This document shows positions 57,634-64,000 of a stretch of DNA of 64,000 nt, piece after piece. The stretch spans positions 6,606 to 70,605 of IMG/VR virus record IMGVR_UViG_3300017989_000003; one strand, 5' to 3'. Below the pieces are notes generated by a model. It saw nothing but the letters and a program-made list of their open reading frames with translations, was not told the DNA's origin and searched no databases. Within the stretch, counting starts at the first letter, position 1. Every line of letters begins with the position of its first letter. This DNA is from a virus. A program made the translations under genes and the position numbers.

Positions 57634-60600
57634 GAAGTTCTTTGATTCATTGTCACCTAATGAACAGAAAGTAGCCTTAGAGATATTTAATGAGTTACGT
57701 AGTAATGACGGTGATAGTCCGTTATATGACCATATCTGGGAACTTGATTACATCGAAAAGCCTGTACCCATATGGAAATTTTTAGAAGATGACTTTTATG
57801 CTGGTTGGATAGTTCCTGACTTATACCCTAAATGGCGTGAGATGCTAGAAGAGATATTTGCGCCTGGTTCACAATATTATGAAGTTATTCTAGGTGGCTC
57901 TATTGGTTCTGGAAAGACTACTAGTGCTGCTATTGCATACGTTTATTTACTCTATAGGTTAACCTGCCTTAGAAACCCAGCTAAGTATTATAACCTTGTG
58001 GAACGTTCCAGAATTGTTTTTGGAGTGTACTCAATGACTAAACGTCTTGTAGCTGACGTTGGTTATGGGCGTATAAGGGCTTTTATTGAGAGAATGCCAT
58101 ATTTTAGGACTAAATTTCCACATGACCATAGAATACTACAAAAAGTTAATTTCAAGAAAGCTGATGTATCAGTGGTTTATGGTTGTGTATCTGAAGGCAC
58201 TAAGATAGCTACACCCTGCGGTGATGTCGCGGTAGAACAACTAGCTAATACGTCCAGTGAGGTACTGACATCATATGGTAGCGACGTTTTCTCGAGTGAG
58301 TATAAAGGCGTTAAGTACTCAGGTGTAAAAAAATGCTTGGAAGTAATAACTGAAACAGGTGACAGCCTTGTTTGTAGTTACGACCATAAATTTATAGTAG
58401 AGGGTTCAAATGGAAGTTACATTAGAAAAAAAGCAGGCGAACTCAAAGAAGGTGAAGAAGTGTTCGTGCTGCGCGAAATTGATGCCAATAACCGAGTTCT
58501 ACATGAATCGCGGAAAACCTTTTTCACAATGCAAGGAATGTGTGAAGAAGAAAAGCAACAAGAGATACCACAATACAAAAAAGTGCAAGGACAAGAAAGC
58601 ACACTCGGTAACAGAGGGAACGAAGAAGTGCTCAAAATGCGGTGTGGTAAAACCAGTAAGCGAGTTCGGAACTCGAGTTGTAAAATTAGTGAATTCAGAA
58701 AAAAGATACCTAAGAGGCAATTGCAAAGAGTGCGATGCGGAATTTTCCAGGAAATGGGCGAGCAAGAACAGGGAGAAAAAGAAAAAGAAACGTCAAACGG
58801 AAGAAGGGAGAGAATACGACCGAAAAATCTGTGCGAATTACTACAAGAAGAACCGAGAGAAAATTCTAGCGGAAAAGGCTCGCCCAGAGAACAGGAAACA
58901 TATAAATGCCCGGCAGCGAAAATGGAGAGCAAAGAATCCGGAGAAACTCAAGGAATACAGGAAAAAATGGAAGGAAAAGCATCCGGAACGCACGCAGCGA
59001 ATTTTAATGTTACGTCACCAACGACGGAAATCACGGAAGAAGAATGTAGAGTTTACCCTAACAGAAAAAGACGTTGCATTTATGATGGGTTATTTTGGTT
59101 ATTCTTGTGTTTATTGTGGAAAGGATATAAGCAAGTATTCTACCATAGACCATATTATTCCTGTAGCAAAAGGCGGAGGGACAACTCCTCAAAACATAGT
59201 TCCTTGTTGCAGGAAATGCAACAGCAGGAAATATACTCGGAATCTGGAGGAGTTTGTAGAAGATTTTCCGAATGGGAAAAAAATATACCAAAAAATTATG
59301 AGGTATATAAAACATGTATCAAATCTATAACTGATGTTGGGTATAGAAAAACATATGATGTTGTAGAAGTTCCTAAGACGCATAGCGTTTTTACAAATAA
59401 TATATTAACCTCAAATTCCCAGGAATTTCATGTGCTCGGGCAGGACGTTTTTTCCATGTACATGGACGAAGTAAACTTTATGCAAGATAAAGTGACTGCG
59501 CCAAATAAAGCTGCTAGTATGTCAGAGGAGTTAGGGCAAGCTCAGGAAATTTACAATGCTGCTAGAAGTCGTATTAAATCCAGATACATGCGTCCAGGGG
59601 GTTATGTTCCTGGTATGACCTTTCTACTGTCGTCTAAAACTAGCAAGCACTCATTTCTGGAAAGACATGTTCAAAAAGTTAGACATGAGATAGAAGAAAA
59701 GAAAGTGTTCTTAGCTGAGTATGCATTGTGGGAGGTTAAGCCCCAGTCACTATATGTAAAACCTAAGTTTAGAGTACAGTTAGGAAATGCGCTGCATCCT
59801 AGTAGGATATTAGAGGAATACGAAACTCACAAAGATGGCACTGAGGTCATTGAAGTACCTGGGGAATTCAAAGAAGATTTTGAGCGAAATACCGAACGTG
59901 CTCTTAGGGAAATAGCTGGAAGAGCTACTGTAGGAATATCACCACTTTTCCGAATAAAAGAACCGATTATTAAGTGTGTAGATGGGCGTAAACACCCATT
60001 TACACAGGATATAATTAAAATTTCTATTTATTCTGACATTGAAATAGTGGACTACCTTATGGTAAATGAGCTGTTTCATGTGAAAGACTCTGATTATGTT
60101 CCACGTTTGAATCCTGGAAGTCCAAGAGTTGTACATTTGGATTTGTCGCGCAAAAAGGATGCTGCTGGATTCTGCATGGGTCATATAGGCGGATTGCGCG
60201 AAGTTAAAAAGATGCGCTATGATAACACATATTATATCGACAAAGAGCCTATGATTGTCATTGACATTATTATGGCTATTAAGTTATTAGGAGAGGGCGA
60301 GATTGACTTCTCTAAAATCAGGGCTTTTATTATAGCACTTAAGGAGTATGGGTATCCAATAACTCATGTGACGGCTGATAAATACCAATCGGCTGATACC
60401 CTTCAGATATTCTCGAAGTTGGGATACAAGACAGCGTTTTTGTCTGTAGACGAACGCCCTGAGCCATATCATTATACTAGGCAGGCGTTTGTTGAGGATA
60501 GAATACGAATATACGACTATCCATTATTAATAAGGGAACTGATAGACCTTGAGGAGGATTTGGATAGTGGTGTTATAGACCATCCTAACGTAGCAAGTGA

Positions 60601-60895
60601 CGGTTCTGTTGGGTCTAAAGATACGTCTGACGCATTAGCAGGAGTTGTGTACACACTCATGAACGAAAAGAGTGTAATGAAGGGGGCAACTGTTACTAAT
60701 TTAACTTCAGTATCTTTAGCAGAATCTACCCCAACGTCTTCTCCTAATAAAACTGATTTGATAACTGTCCGTGGTGAAATGAAAATTTCTTTAGACCATA
60801 TGGCAGATGAAGTGATAAAATACATTAACCTACATAAAAGTTCTAACTCATTATTCGAGGGGTTACAAGATGCCGATGACAACAAAAAAGGCTAG
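57473..60895 (+). CDS. terL: Terminase large subunit precursor containing a 411-aa intein (mature protein about 729 aa)
   Basis: Walker A GGSIGSGKT; the spliced junction VVYG|SQEFHVLGQDVFSMYMDEVNF restores the Walker B region; nuclease motifs VHLDLS, TADKYQS and KDTSDALAG. Confidence 0.95.
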   Translation: MAENQKKSKKKKSSKNEMFEKDPLLKITNLKTTKNVGEVNLAKKLYQEHLHKSRKFFDSLSPNEQKVALEIFNELRSNDGDSPLYDHIWELDYIEKPVPIWKFLEDDFYAGWIVPDLYPKWREMLEEIFAPGSQYYEVILGGSIGSGKTTSAAIAYVYLLYRLTCLRNPAKYYNLVERSRIVFGVYSMTKRLVADVGYGRIRAFIERMPYFRTKFPHDHRILQKVNFKKADVSVVYGCVSEGTKIATPCGDVAVEQLANTSSEVLTSYGSDVFSSEYKGVKYSGVKKCLEVITETGDSLVCSYDHKFIVEGSNGSYIRKKAGELKEGEEVFVLREIDANNRVLHESRKTFFTMQGMCEEEKQQEIPQYKKVQGQESTLGNRGNEEVLKMRCGKTSKRVRNSSCKISEFRKKIPKRQLQRVRCGIFQEMGEQEQGEKEKETSNGRRERIRPKNLCELLQEEPRENSSGKGSPREQETYKCPAAKMESKESGETQGIQEKMEGKASGTHAANFNVTSPTTEITEEECRVYPNRKRRCIYDGLFWLFLCLLWKGYKQVFYHRPYYSCSKRRRDNSSKHSSLLQEMQQQEIYSESGGVCRRFSEWEKNIPKNYEVYKTCIKSITDVGYRKTYDVVEVPKTHSVFTNNILTSNSQEFHVLGQDVFSMYMDEVNFMQDKVTAPNKAASMSEELGQAQEIYNAARSRIKSRYMRPGGYVPGMTFLLSSKTSKHSFLERHVQKVRHEIEEKKVFLAEYALWEVKPQSLYVKPKFRVQLGNALHPSRILEEYETHKDGTEVIEVPGEFKEDFERNTERALREIAGRATVGISPLFRIKEPIIKCVDGRKHPFTQDIIKISIYSDIEIVDYLMVNELFHVKDSDYVPRLNPGSPRVVHLDLSRKKDAAGFCMGHIGGLREVKKMRYDNTYYIDKEPMIVIDIIMAIKLLGEGEIDFSKIRAFIIALKEYGYPITHVTADKYQSADTLQIFSKLGYKTAFLSVDERPEPYHYTRQAFVEDRIRIYDYPLLIRELIDLEEDLDSGVIDHPNVASDGSVGSKDTSDALAGVVYTLMNEKSVMKGATVTNLTSVSLAESTPTSSPNKTDLITVRGEMKISLDHMADEVIKYINLHKSSNSLFEGLQDADDNKKG
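58184..59416 (+). mobile_element. Class 1-type intein in TerL (Cys1...Ser-Asn / Ser+1)
   Basis: Block A CVSEGTKIAT; block B LVCSYDHKF followed by AGELKEGEEV; block F KTYDVVEV; block G VFTNNILTSN|S. Confidence 0.92.
58410..59330 (+). CDS. HNH homing endonuclease encoded in the +1 frame inside the intein
   Basis: Own RBS AGAGGG, ATG 58410 and TAA 59328-30. Two KKCxxC..K/M P..EF Zn fingers and CVYCG...TIDHIIPVAKGG...NIVPCCRKCNSRK. Confidence 0.93.
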   Translation: MEVTLEKKQANSKKVKKCSCCAKLMPITEFYMNRGKPFSQCKECVKKKSNKRYHNTKKCKDKKAHSVTEGTKKCSKCGVVKPVSEFGTRVVKLVNSEKRYLRGNCKECDAEFSRKWASKNREKKKKKRQTEEGREYDRKICANYYKKNREKILAEKARPENRKHINARQRKWRAKNPEKLKEYRKKWKEKHPERTQRILMLRHQRRKSRKKNVEFTLTEKDVAFMMGYFGYSCVYCGKDISKYSTIDHIIPVAKGGGTTPQNIVPCCRKCNSRKYTRNLEEFVEDFPNGKKIYQKIMRYIKHVSNL

Positions 60896-62525
60896 GCTAG
60901 CCGCATTATTTGGAATTGACTCCCATGTTACTAGACCTAAGGAAGAGCGACCAGTTGCTGAGTCTGACGGTGATGACTATGCCTATGGTAGGCTAAGAGG
61001 TGACATTCTCCAGATGATACTTCGAATGCCGCGCAGTAGAACTGACAGGTATGCTTTGTTGGACGACCTGGATGAGGGTATTGCCGCGTCTGTATTAGAT
61101 TTATATACTGAAGAAACAACCCAGCCAATTCGCGAGTCTAAGCCTCAAGTTCCCATAATAATTAAGAGTGAGAACAAAGCTATTGAAAAGGAAGGAAATG
61201 CACTGCTTAATAAACTTGGCATATCCAGTAATCCTCAGCCGTTAATGCGTGTTATATGCAAGTACGGTGATTTGTTTTACAGGTTGTTTTATAGTGGCGA
61301 GAAAGGCATAGAGTACGGATACATTATAAAAAATCCAGGGACAGTAAGTCGGGAGGAAAGTGACCAGAAGGTTCTAACTGGTTTTAAGCAGGTTGGTGTT
61401 CGTTTCGAAAAGGGTAAAGAACAATCAGACCCGTGGGATTATGTCCACTTTGCTAATTTATTGCATCCAGAGAATTTTCCGTATGGTACGGCAATCCTTA
61501 GTAATTCATATCGTTCTTTGCGGCAGATAATACTATCTGAGGACTCGGTGTTGCTTTACCGTCTTATCCGTCATCCTGACAGATTGTATCATGTTATTGA
61601 TACAGGAGATGCTGACGAAGTTGAACAAAGAAGACAGTTACGTCGGTACGCTTCGGACTTTCGTCGAAGTCAGAATATTAATCCGTCGGTAGGCACCATG
61701 ACGCATAGACATGCGCCTATGACTCCATTGGAAGATATATTTATCGCGATAGGTAACCAGAACGTTAATACGAAAATAGATAAGTTGCCTGGGTCTAGTA
61801 ATGCCTTTGAGGTATATGACCTTGATTACTACATTAATAAATTTTTCTCTGAGGTTAGAGTACCAAAAGCGTTTTTAGGCTTTGAAGGTGACATTAACGC
61901 CAGAGCGACATTAACTAGTCAGTCAATTAGATTTGCGAGAGCGGTTATTCACATGCAGTCAGTGTTAAAAAAGGGTATCAAGCGATTGCTTATGATACAT
62001 TATACTCTTTTGACTAAGAGTAATACTGACCAAACGTACAAGACTGACGAAGATGGCTCTAACTTTAATATAGAAATGTGTTATACGTCAGGGCTAGCTG
62101 AGCTTGATTGGATTAGTCTGATGTTACAACGTTCTGAATACGCCCAGACTCTTTATGCGTACGCTGACAATCCATATATCGATAACCATGCTATGCTGAA
62201 TTACCTTTTCAGGGATATACTAAAGTTGAAAGAAGATGACATTAGTAAGATTGTGCTGAAATCTCCTGTATACCCAGTGCCGCCTAAAGAACAATATCCT
62301 AACATATCTAATATGCGTAAGGCTCGAGTGAAGGGTGTTACACCTCAGGAACAGGAATATGCCAAAGCTATAGTAAAGTCGATTCCATTCAATAGCTTTG
62401 TAGATGAAATACAAGCGTATCTTGAGGACGTAAAACAATTGCATATTGAATCCAATAGACCAGTTACGCCCATTGACCCACGTTCTGCTTTACCTAATAA
62501 TAGTGGTAGTAAAAGTGGGCGGTAG
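60870..62525 (+). CDS. Portal protein (T4 gp20-like)
   Basis: KYGDLFY, DYVHF, YGTAIL, EDSVLLYRLIRHPDR, EDIFI...KLPG and VPKAFLG. Confidence 0.93.
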   Translation: MPMTTKKARLAALFGIDSHVTRPKEERPVAESDGDDYAYGRLRGDILQMILRMPRSRTDRYALLDDLDEGIAASVLDLYTEETTQPIRESKPQVPIIIKSENKAIEKEGNALLNKLGISSNPQPLMRVICKYGDLFYRLFYSGEKGIEYGYIIKNPGTVSREESDQKVLTGFKQVGVRFEKGKEQSDPWDYVHFANLLHPENFPYGTAILSNSYRSLRQIILSEDSVLLYRLIRHPDRLYHVIDTGDADEVEQRRQLRRYASDFRRSQNINPSVGTMTHRHAPMTPLEDIFIAIGNQNVNTKIDKLPGSSNAFEVYDLDYYINKFFSEVRVPKAFLGFEGDINARATLTSQSIRFARAVIHMQSVLKKGIKRLLMIHYTLLTKSNTDQTYKTDEDGSNFNIEMCYTSGLAELDWISLMLQRSEYAQTLYAYADNPYIDNHAMLNYLFRDILKLKEDDISKIVLKSPVYPVPPKEQYPNISNMRKARVKGVTPQEQEYAKAIVKSIPFNSFVDEIQAYLEDVKQLHIESNRPVTPIDPRSALPNNSGSKSGR

Positions 62526-62591
62526 CTTAGTCGATGAAAAGCCCAACGTCTGATAAACGTTGAGACTCTGGTGCAAACCCAGACCGCCCAC
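62516..62591 (+). tRNA. Degenerate tRNA-Ile(GAT)-like cloverleaf (pseudo-tRNA or tRNA mimic)
   Basis: Acceptor TGGGCGG/CCGCCCA; TA; D stem GCTT/AAGC; anticodon stem AACGT/ACGTT with loop CT-GAT-AA; T stem TCTGG/CCAGA with loop TGCAAAC. No GG in the D loop and no CCA. Confidence 0.7.
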
Positions 62592-63068
62592 TTACTTTTT
62601 GAAGCCAAACACAATAGCAAGTAGTTTGTCTATTCTCTTTTCTTCACTTATTTTGTTGGATAAGTCTTTTGTGATACCTTTTTTGCTTAGGTGTGTGTCG
62701 GTGCCCATTTTATGCATGTCAGTAACGATATTATCTTTAAGCTTATGATGAATAACCGTACGTACCATGTACTTGTTGTGCCTATAGTTGTAATACGGCA
62801 TTAGAGTTAGAATGTCCCTAAAGTGAGATGGTTTGCATACAATGGTTCGCTTATTTATGACATTTGTGAGGGATAAAATTATTCCAAGAGCTTCCTCGGG
62901 TTTAATGTGTAATTCATCTGCAAGGTCTATAGCCATGTCTACTAGCACGACATTCTCAAAAGTTTTACTTATTTGTACCTGTTTTAATATTTCTAGAACT
63001 CTACTGTCTTTTAATATAAGAGCATCGCGAATTTTTTTCCTATTGACTGATGTTAGTTTCTCAAACAT
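62592..63068 (-). CDS. Hypothetical protein co-transcribed with queC
   Basis: 158-aa ORF whose ATG overlaps the queC stop. Confidence 0.7.
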   Translation of the reverse strand: MFEKLTSVNRKKIRDALILKDSRVLEILKQVQISKTFENVVLVDMAIDLADELHIKPEEALGIILSLTNVINKRTIVCKPSHFRDILTLMPYYNYRHNKYMVRTVIHHKLKDNIVTDMHKMGTDTHLSKKGITKDLSNKISEEKRIDKLLAIVFGFKK

Positions 63069-63681
63069 TGGATAACTCCCAATCTATCTGACGTGCTTCA
63101 CAGTGGATACAGGCTCCACAACCCAGTCCCCAGTCAAATTGTTTTAGAGTGGAGTCCGTAGCATCGTAACATGATGTAGACTCTTTGATAAATTTCTTAT
63201 GGTGTTTTTTAACCCATTTGAATATCTGGGCTCTTTTCCAGCCATATACAGGGTTTATTATATTAATACTAAGTTCCTTCCCCATACCTTCGTTAAGAGC
63301 AGTTGTTAGCTTACTTATGAAATTCATGCTGGTATCTGGGTATCCGGATAATGGGTACGAACTATCTGTACCGAGTCCAGTGATTAATATATTTGTGTCG
63401 TAGTCACCCACGGCTATATTTGCGGCGTACGTAAGAAAAAGAGCGTTTCGAAAAGGGAAAAATGGTTCGTTATTTTTGTTGTCCAGTAGCGCTGGTTTGC
63501 ACTTTACAATATCGAGTTCTAGGGTAAGAGCCTTAGCCATTCTCTTTACGGTCTTAATTTCTGCTTGTGGACGTCCAGTATCGAAGTATAAGGCTATTCC
63601 ACCAATACTATCGCTCTCGAGATATAGATTTGTTGCTACAAAGCTGTCTAGACCAGACAATAATGTTACGAATTTTGGCAT
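63061..63681 (-). CDS. queC: 7-cyano-7-deazaguanine (preQ0) synthase, QueC-like
   Basis: LLSGLDS, FPFRNALF, GYPD, TSCY and CGACIHCEAR. RBS GAGGTGG before ATG 63681. Confidence 0.9.
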   Translation of the reverse strand: MPKFVTLLSGLDSFVATNLYLESDSIGGIALYFDTGRPQAEIKTVKRMAKALTLELDIVKCKPALLDNKNNEPFFPFRNALFLTYAANIAVGDYDTNILITGLGTDSSYPLSGYPDTSMNFISKLTTALNEGMGKELSINIINPVYGWKRAQIFKWVKKHHKKFIKESTSCYDATDSTLKQFDWGLGCGACIHCEARQIDWELSNV

Positions 63682-63692
63682 GTGACCACCTC

Positions 63693-63747
63693 TTGACAAA
63701 GTTTTATACAGTGTTATAATTATAACATTGTAGCTTTGTGTGGTCAA
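63693..63747. promoter_or_regulatory. Symmetric bidirectional sigma70 promoter
   Basis: Plus strand: TTGACA 63693-98, 16 nt, TATAAT 63715-20. Minus strand: TTGACC 63747-42, 17 nt, TATAAT 63724-19. Both are extended -10 elements within the perfect palindrome TGTTATAATTATAACA (63712-27). Confidence 0.88.
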
Positions 63748-63763
63748 GTGTGGAAGGATTTAT

Positions 63764-64000
63764 ATGTTGTATTTTCCATCGATTACTGAGGGGTTTTCCC
63801 CACCATCTTTAGCATCTCTATATTTTGCCGACAGATACCTTGTATCAATATACCCATTCATTACTGAAAAACGTCCTATTAAAGCCATTAAACATGCCCT
63901 TGAATTATTCCCAGATAAATTTGTCATGATTGACAGTGGTGTGTACAGTCTAGTACACAAGGACAGTGTTATGTCCAATGACGCTCTAGTTGCTTATACC
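63764..64000 (+). CDS. Putative TGT/DpdA-like transglycosylase (3'-truncated by the window edge; not in the ORF track)
   Basis: RBS AAGGA, ATG 63764, open to the window end. MLYFPS...FVMIDSGVYS resembles the DSG motif of TGT-fold enzymes, and the gene is divergent from queC. Confidence 0.5.
   Translation, partial: MLYFPSITEGFSPPSLASLYFADRYLVSIYPFITEKRPIKAIKHALELFPDKFVMIDSGVYSLVHKDSVMSNDALVAYT

Noticed and set aside
58417-59383. Minus-strand ORFs within the intein/HNH region suggesting a third coding layer
   Set aside because: They are short, low-complexity antisense shadows of the A/G-rich HNH gene with no motifs.
58184-59416. Group I intron as the explanation for the HNH insert in terL
   Set aside because: The terL frame is continuous, intein blocks A, B, F and G are intact at both ends, and removal at the protein level restores the terminase sequence.
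1-64000. Genome-wide stop-codon reassignment (code 4/15/25)
   Set aside because: Conserved genes are full length in code 11, and TAG and TGA end genes at coupled overlaps. Only one suspicious in-frame TGA (41980) was seen.

Overview
This is a 64-kb segment of a large contractile-tailed (myovirus-type) dsDNA bacteriophage. It uses the standard genetic code, is almost entirely + strand, and has sigma70-type promoters and Shine-Dalgarno sites, which imply a bacterial host. Layout: (1) 1-27.4 kb tail/baseplate module: sheath, five tandem tail-tube paralogs, gp26/gp51-like chaperone pair, tape measure, baseplate genes and a beta-helix fibre; (2) 27.5-41.2 kb replication/recombination module: SF2 helicase, DnaB-like helicase, primase, UDG-fused PolA, gp32-like SSB, RecA, ParB and a 5'-3' exonuclease; (3) 41.2-56.1 kb accessory and nucleotide-metabolism genes: ThyX, NDT-like protein, MTase, HAD nucleotidase, MazG, class II aldolase and SbcCD; (4) 56.1-62.5 kb packaging genes: TerS candidate, intein-containing TerL and a T4 gp20-like portal; (5) queC divergent from a truncated TGT/DpdA-like gene. 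The most striking observation is a TerL intein whose endonuclease slot holds a complete HNH endonuclease gene in a different (+1) reading frame. That gene has its own RBS, start and stop, while the intein frame stays open across it. Other notable items are a degenerate tRNA-Ile(GAT)-like cloverleaf wedged between two convergent stop codons, a small gene with an in-frame TGA followed by a SECIS-like hairpin, a four-copy dispersed palindrome, a 'GTIDYxTG' domain repeated about 15 times in five proteins, and accessory proteins built from virion-protein fragments. All calls come from motif recognition by eye; no database searches were run.
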